NCBI GenBank assembly: GCA_965279035.1
Contig: OZ257142.1
Span: 1,536,001-1,600,000, forward strand
Length of the DNA: 64,000 nucleotides
Reading direction: 5' to 3'
Origin: Bacteroidia bacterium
Lineage (GTDB): Bacteria > Bacteroidota > Bacteroidia > M30B66
The translations under genes and the position numbers were made by a program. Of the stretch, positions 19,614 to 29,599 are shown in pieces; the stretch's first letter is position 1, and the number at the start of each line of letters is the position of its first letter. Under the pieces are notes generated by a model. The model made no database searches. It was given only the letters and a program-made list of their open reading frames with translations, and was not told the DNA's origin.

Positions 19614-20819
19614 ATGAGAATTAAACTCGCTCTGCTTTTTTATTTAGTTCCAATTCTTTCTGTTTTTTCTCAGTGGAATCTTCGCTTTCAAACCACACAT
19701 CAACAAATGGTGAAAGTATTTAGTTCACCCAATAATGATGTTGCTTGGTTTATTACCAATATGGATTCACTTTATAAAACTTCCGATGGTGGAATGAATT
19801 GGACTAAACTTCCGCCTTCCTCTCCAAGTTTTAATCCGGATGGTTTGTTTGTGTTGAACTCAGATACTGCTTTTAAAAGTAGTAGTTCGGCATTGTTTCG
19901 AACGGTTGATGGTGGATTGAATTGGGTTCAGGTTTTTTCGGGTGCTGCATTTTCTCCACCAGTAATTTGGATGAAAGATTCTAATCAAGGATTGATGGCA
20001 TATAATGGACAAATTTACATCTCCACGGATGCTGGTTTGAATTGGAGCAATACCCTAATAACACAGCCACCTCATGCGCTGACTAGCTCATTGGGGAAAG
20101 GCTCAATCTGGATTTCGGATGATCGAATTTGGGTTACACAAAATAACGGTGGTGTTGCCTATTCGGATGATTTTGGACAATCATGGAATCAACCAGCGAA
20201 TACCGGAATATCCTTTAGTGGTTGGGGGAAGATTTCGTTCGCGAACAATGAGCTTGGTCTCGCAGTACGGCAAAATTTACCCTTTGTTTATGTTACAAAT
20301 GATGGAGGTGAAACATGGACAGCTTCGTTTAATTCTCTGGGAGCAAACGAGGATGTTTTAGCTTTCGGAACAGAAATGTGGTTTATTCCAAATTCAGCTG
20401 ATCATTTTTATGTTCAACATTCTTCGGATCAAGGCTCATCTTGGCAAGTGCAATTAAACGATCCTGATGGATTTGATATTTTGGAGAAATCGCGCAATGG
20501 AAATCGCGTGTGGGCTGGTTCGGATAAAGGAAAAGTCTATTTACTCGAAACCGACATTGTCTTAAATAATCAGAATATTGAATCAAGGAATTTATCCGCA
20601 TTTGTTTATCCAAATCCTTCTTCGAAATCATTTACCTTGAATTTACCAACGAATACGAATTGGCTTGAAATTCATTCCTCTGTTGGCGAAATAATTCTTC
20701 CTAAAACGCTTGTTCATACTGGTTTTCAATTTGGTGAAGAATTCAAACCTGGCTTATATACTGTTCATATTCAAGCTGACAATGGAATCAATAGCTATTT
20801 GAAAATTGTAAAATATTAA
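19614..20819 (+). CDS. T9SS type A secreted BNR/Asp-box beta-propeller protein
   Basis: Repeated (T/S).DGG.(N/T)W boxes; VYPNP...GLY CTD. Confidence 0.8.
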   Translation: MRIKLALLFYLVPILSVFSQWNLRFQTTHQQMVKVFSSPNNDVAWFITNMDSLYKTSDGGMNWTKLPPSSPSFNPDGLFVLNSDTAFKSSSSALFRTVDGGLNWVQVFSGAAFSPPVIWMKDSNQGLMAYNGQIYISTDAGLNWSNTLITQPPHALTSSLGKGSIWISDDRIWVTQNNGGVAYSDDFGQSWNQPANTGISFSGWGKISFANNELGLAVRQNLPFVYVTNDGGETWTASFNSLGANEDVLAFGTEMWFIPNSADHFYVQHSSDQGSSWQVQLNDPDGFDILEKSRNGNRVWAGSDKGKVYLLETDIVLNNQNIESRNLSAFVYPNPSSKSFTLNLPTNTNWLEIHSSVGEIILPKTLVHTGFQFGEEFKPGLYTVHIQADNGINSYLKIVKY

Positions 20820-20857
20820 ACCATTTTTGATAAATAAAAGATTCAATATTTGATTCT

Positions 20858-21709
20858 ATGTTGAAATTAATCAAATGTCATACGTGTCTTTTATTTACAT
20901 TCTTCTTATTCGTTTTTTCATTCGAATCACATGCTCAGTCTTATGGAGATGAGAATGGATATACCTGCATGGGTTATGGAATGCGAGCTAAAGTCCTGAA
21001 CAATCAGCTACATCCACAATCGGATATTCTATTGGAAGGATATGGAGAAACGCAGGATATTTTAGAAAATCTTAATCAAGTTTATCCAGTGTATTTGATT
21101 TCAGGAAAGGACAGTATTCCATTGGAGGTTTCTGATATTTTTAAAGGTCAGATTTATATTACACAAGTAGTTTTAAAGCACAAAGGCTCATTGGAGATAA
21201 ATCGAACCTATGAATTGTGTATTCTTAATGTTGACACTTCCTATTTATGGGATTGGAATCGCGATAATTCCCGATCAGTTCCGAATTGGAAAGTAGAACC
21301 TGAAAGAGATTCGATCTTTCACAAATGGATCAAACAGCCTAGTATTAAAAGCAAAGGGAGATTTCAACCTCAATGTGGATCAGGAAACGTTTTTTATACG
21401 TGTCAAAATGTTGAATGCATTGTTTTTCACTATGAAATTCAGGATAGCACAGAAATTCGAGTGAAAGTGTATCTTCATAATTTAACGAGTGATTCGCATT
21501 TTACCTATGTCGTTTTTTCTAAAAATGGGGAAATAGCCATTGGACATAACGAATGTTATGGAGCCTTCGAATTTGGAGTAGAAGATGAGTTCGAGATTGA
21601 GTTTGAAATACTAAATTATCAAGGAAAAGCTGTTTCAACAAAATCGGAGAAAATCAATTTCAATGCACGTGAGGTGAATGAGGCTTTTGATCGCTATGAT
21701 GTGTATTGA
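20858..21709 (+). CDS. Hypothetical exported Cys-containing protein
   Basis: Signal peptide (SHA-Q), 283-aa ORF. Confidence 0.55.
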   Translation: MLKLIKCHTCLLFTFFLFVFSFESHAQSYGDENGYTCMGYGMRAKVLNNQLHPQSDILLEGYGETQDILENLNQVYPVYLISGKDSIPLEVSDIFKGQIYITQVVLKHKGSLEINRTYELCILNVDTSYLWDWNRDNSRSVPNWKVEPERDSIFHKWIKQPSIKSKGRFQPQCGSGNVFYTCQNVECIVFHYEIQDSTEIRVKVYLHNLTSDSHFTYVVFSKNGEIAIGHNECYGAFEFGVEDEFEIEFEILNYQGKAVSTKSEKINFNAREVNEAFDRYDVY

Positions 21710-21724
21710 AGGTATTATGATTTC

Positions 21725-22606
21725 CTATTTTAGATCTTCATTCGGATTTTTTTCATCTTTTTTAGATACTGGTAGCTTATTCATAAAGCGTTCGAATTGC
21801 CTTGGATCATAGCCCATTATAAAAGCAAGTAATGATGCAATGATGGCAAATTTGAAATAGGATTGTAAAGAAATCCCTCCGAAATCGGTGTCGGTAGGAG
21901 GAAGTATTTTGCGGCGAATGCTTTTGATTTGAAGTTTAATTTTATTTTTTTCATATACTGAGTTTGTATATTCTAAAGAGTCTTTTAATCTCAATACTTC
22001 ATGTACATAAAATTCATTTGAACGATCTTCTACTGTATCGGTTATTGGGTTTTTCCAAACAGAAAGTATGCTTGATTTAGGGATGATGATACTCGTTGAA
22101 TCTTTTGGTGCTTTTATGAGAACAGAATCTATTACTAAAGGTTTTTCCGATTTACTTATTTGTTCTTTTTTAGGTTCAGATTCTTTAGGAGCAGCCGTTA
22201 ATTCTGTAAATGAAGTTGCATATTGAATTGAAAGTAGTCCAATAAATATAATAATGCCTCGAATTGCCGATATAAATGGATTTTCAATTAATGAATGATG
22301 TACACCTTTATTTTCTAATTCATCTTGCGAAATTTTAAAGCCTTTGGTAGAAACTAATCGACTTGTAATCCCACCTAGTAATCCTGAAAAAAATGCTAAC
22401 AAAGCCACATTACTCAATGTGAAAGAAAGAAATGTTACTATTATATCTTTTAAATCATAAAAGTCATAATTAATAGCTACACGGTAATAATCCGAATCGA
22501 CTAATAAGCCAATTAAAAATAAGGCAATCCAAATAAATGAGATAATTACTCCAGCTACAATATAAAATTGTTTCTTTCTTCTACTTGATTTTACGATGGC
22601 TTCCAT
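21725..22606 (-). CDS. Multi-pass membrane protein
   Basis: About 4 TM helices, SGLLGG and AFIMGY motifs, large soluble loop. Confidence 0.6.
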   Translation of the reverse strand: MEAIVKSSRRKKQFYIVAGVIISFIWIALFLIGLLVDSDYYRVAINYDFYDLKDIIVTFLSFTLSNVALLAFFSGLLGGITSRLVSTKGFKISQDELENKGVHHSLIENPFISAIRGIIIFIGLLSIQYATSFTELTAAPKESEPKKEQISKSEKPLVIDSVLIKAPKDSTSIIIPKSSILSVWKNPITDTVEDRSNEFYVHEVLRLKDSLEYTNSVYEKNKIKLQIKSIRRKILPPTDTDFGGISLQSYFKFAIIASLLAFIMGYDPRQFERFMNKLPVSKKDEKNPNEDLK

Positions 22607-22627
22607 GAATGTTTTCTATCTATTATT

Positions 22628-23449
22628 TTAAAGTGTATTATAGCGATTAAAGGCCTTTTCGAGCTTTTTGTCGTATTGATTTGTTTGGTATGCGCTACCA
22701 TTGTATCGTTTAGCAAATCCAGCCCAGTAGTGCTTTTGGATAAAACTTAGAAGATTATTTTTCTCTGCAAATTTCCCAAACACATCCAATTGGTTCGACT
22801 CCGATTGGGATAGATATGCATACATGCTTTTAGCTGAATCAAATCCCAAATCAGTAGCATGAAATCCCATGATTTGAAACAAGCCATACGATGCTGAACG
22901 GAATGCTGCTTCTTCATTTATGATAATGGCTTTATTTAAACGATCTAATTGATCTTCTTTATAATAAGGATTTGGAGTAAAATAATTGGGATAAAGAATG
23001 TTTTCATTGCCTGCTTGAATCGTGCTAGGCTGAACACCTTGCTTTTTTAATTCTTTCCAGAATATATGCCCTTCAAATAAGAGTTTAATATGTCCTTGAG
23101 AAAATCCTCTGCCGGCCGCTTCCACTTCTTGTACTGCTTTTACAGCCGCTTTTTCAATTTGGTATTTGGCTGCAAAAACATCGAAGTCAGATTCACTTAA
23201 AAATTGACTTGTATTGATTGCAGATGATTGTTTTAGTGCATGTACTTTTTCTTCCACAATCGTCCATGTTTTGGGGCCAACTAAACCATCTATTTTAAGA
23301 CCTAAATCTTTCTGTAGTTGCAACACAATTTTCTCTGTCCCTGATCCAAATATACCATCTGAAACTAGGTTATAACCGAGAGCATGGAGCTTATCTTGAA
23401 ATAAGCGGACAAACTCACCTTTACTCCCTTTTTTTAAAATATCATTCAT
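22628..23449 (-). CDS. PG-binding domain + N-acetylmuramidase (DUF3380) endolysin-like protein
   Basis: DGIFG..T / DGLVG.KT PG-binding domain; VE..G.GF, LFEGHIF, SYGLFQIMGF, FAKRYNG; ATG 23449 preferred. Confidence 0.9.
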   Translation of the reverse strand: MNDILKKGSKGEFVRLFQDKLHALGYNLVSDGIFGSGTEKIVLQLQKDLGLKIDGLVGPKTWTIVEEKVHALKQSSAINTSQFLSESDFDVFAAKYQIEKAAVKAVQEVEAAGRGFSQGHIKLLFEGHIFWKELKKQGVQPSTIQAGNENILYPNYFTPNPYYKEDQLDRLNKAIIINEEAAFRSASYGLFQIMGFHATDLGFDSAKSMYAYLSQSESNQLDVFGKFAEKNNLLSFIQKHYWAGFAKRYNGSAYQTNQYDKKLEKAFNRYNTL

Positions 23450-23639
23450 GATATGTTGTATTGATGCTTGAATTAGAAGTGGTCTTATGAGTACCATTTT
23501 TTAATTCTCAATTTAATCATTCAATACTAGATAAATTAAAAGATTTGAGTAAGGTGAAAATGATGGAGTTGTTGGGGAGTATTTTACACGGGGTGAAAGA
23601 ATTACGAATTATCAATTACGAATATTGTTTATAACGCAT

Positions 23640-23945
23640 TGTGCGGTTGAATTATCAATTTATTTATTCATATCAATCAATGAAATAAGGCTATAAATGC
23701 ATCTTGTTAATATATCATTCATGTTTGTCTACGACTTATTACTTCTTGTCTTGAAACAAGAATTAACCAACGGCGAAGCCCTCATGAGTACAAATAAAAA
23801 TAAACACTTACGAATAAAGAAGTTCAAGTCTGAACGATGCTGCATGCGCACAGGGCTATTTTTAGACAATTCTGCTCGGACATTCTTTTTCTAATCAATG
23901 TCGAAACATACCCTCGCCGCCCAGACAATGCCATCGCAAGCTCCG
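23640..23945 (-). ncRNA. Pseudoknotted intergenic repeat, family B copy 1
   Basis: Homologous to 37195-37440 with compensatory changes; carries an extra insert of about 48 nt. Confidence 0.6.
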
Positions 23946-24337
23946 TTTTAAACCTAATTTTACTTTAAAATAATTTTATTTAAAAGCCTTTCTCTAGTGT
24001 TTAAAATTGACATATGCGATTAACATTATTGAAGATTATATTTAATTTTTAACCGCACAACGGGTTGTTTATATTGTATTTTATTCGAGAATTGCTTAAA
24101 TATTTTCGAAAGTGAAATTTGTATAAATGAAATTTAAATAATTTACATAATCCCAAATTTTGGAAGCATGATTTTAAAAAAAAACAATAAGTAAATCCAA
24201 TTGCAATTATTTTGTTCTTAAATAGATTTTTCCTTTTTGATCAACATGATTATTTGTCAAACAATTGAAATAATCTATTTTTGAGTTTCATCAGGATGAA
24301 AAATACTCAAAACACTCATATTTCAATTAATTAATTC

Positions 24338-27300
24338 GTGAATAAAATAAATGCTATATTCTTGCTTCTGCTCTTTTTTTCGTGCAGTTCAGAATCAAAA
24401 AAGCAGCATGCTGATAATGGACCCAAGGTAACAGATGCCATGGGTACAATTGTGCCACCTGAAACAATCGAACCACCTGAAATTGTTCTGTTGGATGAAA
24501 GCAAATTGATTCATAAACCATTAGGGAATCCTGTTCCTTATCCCATATTAACAAATGCTCATTTAGCAGGAACTCCAACTATTAAGTCAGTTATCAATCC
24601 AACTATTATTATTCCAGGTAGAGATACCTTGATGGCTCCGGAGGTAATTCAAACGACTGATAGTCCTTTTGTTGTTAAGAAGTCAATTCCGATTCCTGCT
24701 TTACCTATGCGAACAAAGGATGTATCTCCGTTCAACTTCAATTATCTCAGTGAAGATCAAGGACTGATTTCATCGAATGTTTTAAAAATCCTGGAAGATA
24801 AAAAGGGGAATCTCTGGTTGGGTACTGATGGTGGAGGAGTATGCAAGTACGATGGGAAATCATTTACAAATTTCACCGAAAAAGAAGGCTTGTCGAGTAA
24901 TGCCGTATTCTCCATTTTAGAAGATAAAAAAGGAAATTTTTGGTTTGGGATGAGATCTGGAGGAATAATTAAATTCGATGGTCAAAATTTCACTCATTAT
25001 TCTATTAATGAAGGGTTGGGAGATGATGAAGTTTATTCGATGTATGAAGATAAACGTGGAAAATTTTGGATTGGTCAAAAAAAAGGAATCACCCGATTTG
25101 ATGGAAAATCATTTACACATTATTTTACCAAACAAGGTATTTCAAAAGGGAATATATTTTCCATTATAGAAGATAAAAAAGGATTTATTTGGTTTGCTAG
25201 TTTAGGAGGTGGGATTTATAGATTTGATGGTAAAACATTTATAAATTTTACTACGAAAGATGGTCTTTCTGATGACAGAACATCGAATATTATAGAAGAC
25301 CGAAAAGGTAACTTGTGGATTACCACACATGGAGGAGGTATCAATAAATTCGATGGGAAACAATTCTATAACTATTCTGAAGATGCAGGTTTAGTAAGCA
25401 AGTATGTAAATTCTATTTTTGAAGTTAAAAACGGCAATTTATGGATATGTACGAATTATGGAATTAGTGTATTTGATGGTAAATATTTCACAAACTATAC
25501 AGAAAAAGATGGATTAAGTAACAATTTTACTAAGTGTGTTTTGGAAGATGAAGTTGGAAATATATGGATTGGTACTATGGATGGAGGTCTTTGTAAATAT
25601 TATGGGAAGGCTTTCACCAACTATTTTGATGTTGCAATCCAAAGCATAAAAGGAGTAAGGCATGTAAGAGAAGACAATAAAGGCCAAATTTGGTTCGGGA
25701 CAAACTTTGAGGGTTTATTTAAATATGACGGAAAATATGTTTGGAAATACACTAAAGAAGAAGGATTAAGCAGTAATTCAATATCATCATTATTATTAGA
25801 TAAATTCGGGAATATATGGATTGGGGCATTTGGCTATGGTGTTGGTAAAATTGATGGAAAAACAATTACCTATTTTACTACACAAGATGGATTGAAGAGT
25901 AATAATGTCGTTTCAATAAACGAAGATAGTAGCGGTAATATCTGGTTTGGAACGTATGAAGGTGGAGCAACTAAATACGATGGTAATCGTGTGGAGGCAC
26001 TATTAATGGGTGCAAATATTCCTATAGATCAACAAAACGATATTCATAAAGTAACTGGAAAACCAGTAAAGACGTTTACTCATTTTACCGATAAACAAGG
26101 ATTAGGAGGTAATATTGTTTGGACAGTTTATAGAGATAAACAGAATTCTATTTGGTTTGGAACGACCGAAGGGGGAGTAACTCAGTATGATGGAAAATCA
26201 TTCCAACGCTATACAATAAATTCCGATTCGTCAAAAAACACAGTTTGGTCAATTTTTGAAGATACTAGTGGAAACATTTGGTTTGGAACTTTTGGCTCAG
26301 GAGCAATTCGATTTGATGGTAATCGGGTTGATGCTTATGAGAAGGGTGAAATTCCTTTGGATGAAATGTATGATGTTCGAAAAATTAATGGGAAGTTTGT
26401 AAAGTCATTTCTTTATATTACCGATAAAGAGGGTTTAAGCAACAATGTTGTTCGATCTATTTTTCAGGATAAGAAGGAAGATCTATGGATAGCAACAAGT
26501 AAGTCGATACATCTTTTTAAATTAAAAAATCAAAATGAGAATCAATCGACACATTCGACAATTCATTCACCTTTGCGGATTTTTGATACGCATCAACTGG
26601 TAGAATTGAATAAAGAAGATGGTGCAAAAGTCGATGGTTTCTATCCAAACAGTGTGTTTTTGGATCGACACAACCGCATTTGGTGGGCAAGCACTTTATC
26701 CCTAAGCAGACTCGATTTAAATGAGTTTAATACCGATAAGATTGTACCCGAATTACAATTAGAAACAATATTAATTGATGAAAAATTTATTGATTATCTT
26801 CAATTCAAAACCGATAGTTCTCAATTTCAGGAATTACCAGAACAATTCGAGGAAATAGAATATAAAGATGTTTCGAAATTTCATAATTATCCAATTGACT
26901 TAGAATTACCCTATAATCTCAACCACTTAACATTCAATTTTATTGGCATTGATTGGTCAGCTCCGCACAAACTCAAATACCAGTTTAAACTGGAAGGATT
27001 AGATCAGGATTGGAGTCAATTATCTTCTAGCAATAAAGCAGATTACAGAAATATCCCCTTTGGGAAATACACTTTTAAATTACGAGCAATCGGCATTTCG
27101 GATAAATGGAGCAAAACGCTAGAATACACATTTGTTATCCATCCTCCTTGGTGGAGAACCTCTTGGGCTTATATAATCTACACGATTGCTACAATCTTAA
27201 CAATCGTGCTTATTGTGAATTGGAATAGCAGAAAATTGCGAGCAAGAGCCAAAGAACTTGGAATGAAGATCGATGAGGCTGTTCATGAAATAAAAGAACA

Positions 27301-28081
27301 AAAGCATCTAATTGAAGAAAAACATAAGGAAATTAAAGACAGTATCAATTATGCTGAACGAATTCAGCGTTCCTTACTCGCTAGTAAAGATTTACTTAAT
27401 AAAAATTTAAATGACTATTTCATTTTTTATCAACCCAAAGATGTGGTAAGTGGAGATTTTTATTGGGCAGCTGAATTGAATAATGGTGATTTTGCTATTA
27501 TTTGCGGTGATAGCACTGGCCATGGAGTGCCCGGTGCTATTATGAGCATTTTAAATATCGCGTGCTTAAGAGAAGCCTATTTGCAGGGCATCACGCGTCC
27601 CGATTTGATCTTGAATGAAACTCGAAGATTGGTTATTGAAAATTTGAAGAATGATGGAAGTGAAGAAGGAGGGAAGGATGGTATGGATGCCAGTTTAATT
27701 TGCTTCAATCCAAGGAAAGACCGACTTACTTTTTGCGGTGCTTATAATCCAGCTTGGATTTTACGTAATCAAGAATGGATTGAATTAAAGCCCGATAAAA
27801 TGCCTATTGGAAGACACGATAAAGATTCCATCGGTTTTACATTAAAAGAAATGGAATTAATTAAAGGGGATATTATTTACCTATTTACAGATGGAATGCC
27901 CGATCAATTTGGTGGTCCATTAGGTAAAAAATATAAATACAATCAATTAAAACAGTTTTTACTTTCAATTCAGCATTTGAGTATGGAAGAGCAACATCAG
28001 GAAATTAAAACGGAGCTGAACAACTGGAAAGGAGATTTAGAGCAAGTAGATGATATTTTAGTCATTGGATTAAGGATTTAA
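24338..28081 (+). CDS. Two-component-regulator propeller + Y_Y_Y + TM + SpoIIE/PP2C phosphatase sensor
   Basis: Many ED..GN.W.GT..GG...(Y/F)DG repeats; YQFKLEG..W; HPPWW-TM; VSGDFY, DSTGHGVPG, TDG, DD. Confidence 0.9.
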   Translation: MNKINAIFLLLLFFSCSSESKKQHADNGPKVTDAMGTIVPPETIEPPEIVLLDESKLIHKPLGNPVPYPILTNAHLAGTPTIKSVINPTIIIPGRDTLMAPEVIQTTDSPFVVKKSIPIPALPMRTKDVSPFNFNYLSEDQGLISSNVLKILEDKKGNLWLGTDGGGVCKYDGKSFTNFTEKEGLSSNAVFSILEDKKGNFWFGMRSGGIIKFDGQNFTHYSINEGLGDDEVYSMYEDKRGKFWIGQKKGITRFDGKSFTHYFTKQGISKGNIFSIIEDKKGFIWFASLGGGIYRFDGKTFINFTTKDGLSDDRTSNIIEDRKGNLWITTHGGGINKFDGKQFYNYSEDAGLVSKYVNSIFEVKNGNLWICTNYGISVFDGKYFTNYTEKDGLSNNFTKCVLEDEVGNIWIGTMDGGLCKYYGKAFTNYFDVAIQSIKGVRHVREDNKGQIWFGTNFEGLFKYDGKYVWKYTKEEGLSSNSISSLLLDKFGNIWIGAFGYGVGKIDGKTITYFTTQDGLKSNNVVSINEDSSGNIWFGTYEGGATKYDGNRVEALLMGANIPIDQQNDIHKVTGKPVKTFTHFTDKQGLGGNIVWTVYRDKQNSIWFGTTEGGVTQYDGKSFQRYTINSDSSKNTVWSIFEDTSGNIWFGTFGSGAIRFDGNRVDAYEKGEIPLDEMYDVRKINGKFVKSFLYITDKEGLSNNVVRSIFQDKKEDLWIATSKSIHLFKLKNQNENQSTHSTIHSPLRIFDTHQLVELNKEDGAKVDGFYPNSVFLDRHNRIWWASTLSLSRLDLNEFNTDKIVPELQLETILIDEKFIDYLQFKTDSSQFQELPEQFEEIEYKDVSKFHNYPIDLELPYNLNHLTFNFIGIDWSAPHKLKYQFKLEGLDQDWSQLSSSNKADYRNIPFGKYTFKLRAIGISDKWSKTLEYTFVIHPPWWRTSWAYIIYTIATILTIVLIVNWNSRKLRARAKELGMKIDEAVHEIKEQKHLIEEKHKEIKDSINYAERIQRSLLASKDLLNKNLNDYFIFYQPKDVVSGDFYWAAELNNGDFAIICGDSTGHGVPGAIMSILNIACLREAYLQGITRPDLILNETRRLVIENLKNDGSEEGGKDGMDASLICFNPRKDRLTFCGAYNPAWILRNQEWIELKPDKMPIGRHDKDSIGFTLKEMELIKGDIIYLFTDGMPDQFGGPLGKKYKYNQLKQFLLSIQHLSMEEQHQEIKTELNNWKGDLEQVDDILVIGLRI

Positions 28082-28180
28082 ATTTTGTCTAGTTGAAGAT
28101 ATACCTATACTATTTAGTAGTAGGAGTTCAAATTTAGATTTTCTTGCTTTAAAAAATTATTGAAGAAAATTTAAGAAAAA

Positions 28181-28228
28181 TTTGCGTAGTTAAATAACTA
28201 CATATATATTTGTAGTCAAATAGCTACA
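28181..28228 (+). promoter_or_regulatory. sigma-A promoter overlapped by two palindromic ArsR operators
   Basis: TTTG(28181)-N20-TATATTTG(28205); GTAGTTAAATAACTAC at 28186 and TGTAGTCAAATAGCTACA at 28211. Confidence 0.75.
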
Positions 28229-28230
28229 TA

Positions 28231-28551
28231 ATGAATTTGAGACGAGACGTATTTCAAGCGATATCCGATCCGACACGGAGGGCAATTCTTCTATTACTTA
28301 CTGCACAGTCAATGACTGCAGGTGCAATCGCTTCCAATTTTGATACAGCAAGACCGACAGTTTCTAAGCACTTGCAAATATTGACAGAGTGTGAACTCCT
28401 TAAGCAGGAACAACAAGGCCGGGAGATTTATTATCACTTCAATCCTATAAAAATGAAGGAAATCGCTGACTTTATTGAGCCATTTCGCAAAATGTGGGAT
28501 GAGAAGTTTAATAAACTTGAAACGGTAATGAAAAAATATAAAAACAAATAA
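28231..28551 (+). CDS. ArsR/SmtB family transcriptional regulator
   Basis: [12 protein letters not shown]...VSKHL..L...GREIYY. Confidence 0.9.
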   Translation: MNLRRDVFQAISDPTRRAILLLLTAQSMTAGAIASNFDTARPTVSKHLQILTECELLKQEQQGREIYYHFNPIKMKEIADFIEPFRKMWDEKFNKLETVMKKYKNK

Positions 28552-28552
28552 A

Positions 28553-29017
28553 ATGGATATGAAAACACAAATACACGCAGAAGAAGGGAAGCAAGAATTA
28601 GTTATTACGAGAGAATTTGATTTGCCTTTGGATTTGCTCTTCAAAGCATATTCTGAACCCGAATTCATTGAACAATGGATGGGTGCAAAAGTGATAAAAC
28701 AGGAGAATAAAAATCATGGCAGTTTTCAATTTGAAACTTCACACAATGGACATGTTGTTTTTAAAGCAAATGGAACAATCCACCAATTTGAATTAAACGA
28801 AAGTATAATTCGAACGTTTGAAATGGATAATATGCCCATTGGTGTTCAACTCGAATTTTTGGAGTTTGAAAAAATCTCTGATGATTCAAGTAGACTGACA
28901 ATTCAAATTATTTATAAATCAGAAAAACACCGAGCAGAACAGCTCAAATTACCATTTGCTTTTGGAATTAATAAAGCTCATGACAGACTTCAAGAAATAA
29001 CTAACAATCTAAAATAA
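28553..29017 (+). CDS. SRPBCC/AHSA1-like protein
   Basis: LVITREFD.P....F.A...PE...QW; typical ArsR partner. Confidence 0.85.
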   Translation: MDMKTQIHAEEGKQELVITREFDLPLDLLFKAYSEPEFIEQWMGAKVIKQENKNHGSFQFETSHNGHVVFKANGTIHQFELNESIIRTFEMDNMPIGVQLEFLEFEKISDDSSRLTIQIIYKSEKHRAEQLKLPFAFGINKAHDRLQEITNNLK

Positions 29018-29018
29018 A

Positions 29019-29408
29019 ATGAAAATGAGAAATAAAATAATTTATTGGGTTGCTACAGCCTTAGTATCTTTTGGAATGTTGGGCAGTGGAATTTCTCAAC
29101 TATTACACCTCAAAGAAATGAATGAGCTCATTACTCATGTTGGCTATCCACTCTATTTTATGTACATCATTGGTGTGTGGAAAATTTTGGGTGTAATTGC
29201 TATTCTAATCCCAAACTTTAAATTATTAAAAGAATGGGCGTATGCAGGTTTCTTTTTTTTAATGACTGGAGCATTCATTTCTCACTTATTTATGGGAGAT
29301 GGCGGGAATGCTATTCTAGGACCTTTGTTCCAAACACTATTTATAGTAACCTCCTGGTATTTCAGGCCAGCTGATAGAAAATTAAGTTCTCTTTCATTTA
29401 ACCAATAA
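29019..29408 (+). CDS. DoxX-like membrane protein
   Basis: GYP.YF...GVWK, LKEWAYAG. Confidence 0.85.
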   Translation: MKMRNKIIYWVATALVSFGMLGSGISQLLHLKEMNELITHVGYPLYFMYIIGVWKILGVIAILIPNFKLLKEWAYAGFFFLMTGAFISHLFMGDGGNAILGPLFQTLFIVTSWYFRPADRKLSSLSFNQ

Positions 29409-29419
29409 GTTGAATTCAG

Positions 29420-29572
29420 ATTGTGAACTATCATTTGCCAACTATTCGTTTGAATATCAATAGCAACGTAAACTAATAATCATCCTCTTCGTATTTTTTT
29501 GCACCCAGAAAAGCACAGCATAATTACTGATGCAAATAGTATGAAACCTGCGAATATGTAAGGAAATTTCAT
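29420..29572 (-). pseudogene. Decayed lipoprotein gene remnant
   Basis: ATG 29572 MKFPYIFAGFILFASVIMLCFSGCKK, then fragments YEED, IISLR and KRIVGK* scattered across frames. Confidence 0.4.
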
Positions 29573-29599
29573 TTTGATAATAATCTCTCTTTTGACTAA

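Noticed and set aside
7768-22606. Integron cassette array behind the integrase
   Set aside because: Spacers between the small genes share no repeated attC-like palindromes, and gene orientations are mixed.
23697-23894. 65-aa ORF (and ORFs 37187-37390, 37256-37489)
   Set aside because: They overlap the family B repeats, whose conservation follows base pairing rather than codons.
24700-26500. Periodic DNA repeats as a CRISPR-like array
   Set aside because: They are degenerate coding repeats of beta-propeller blades within one ORF.
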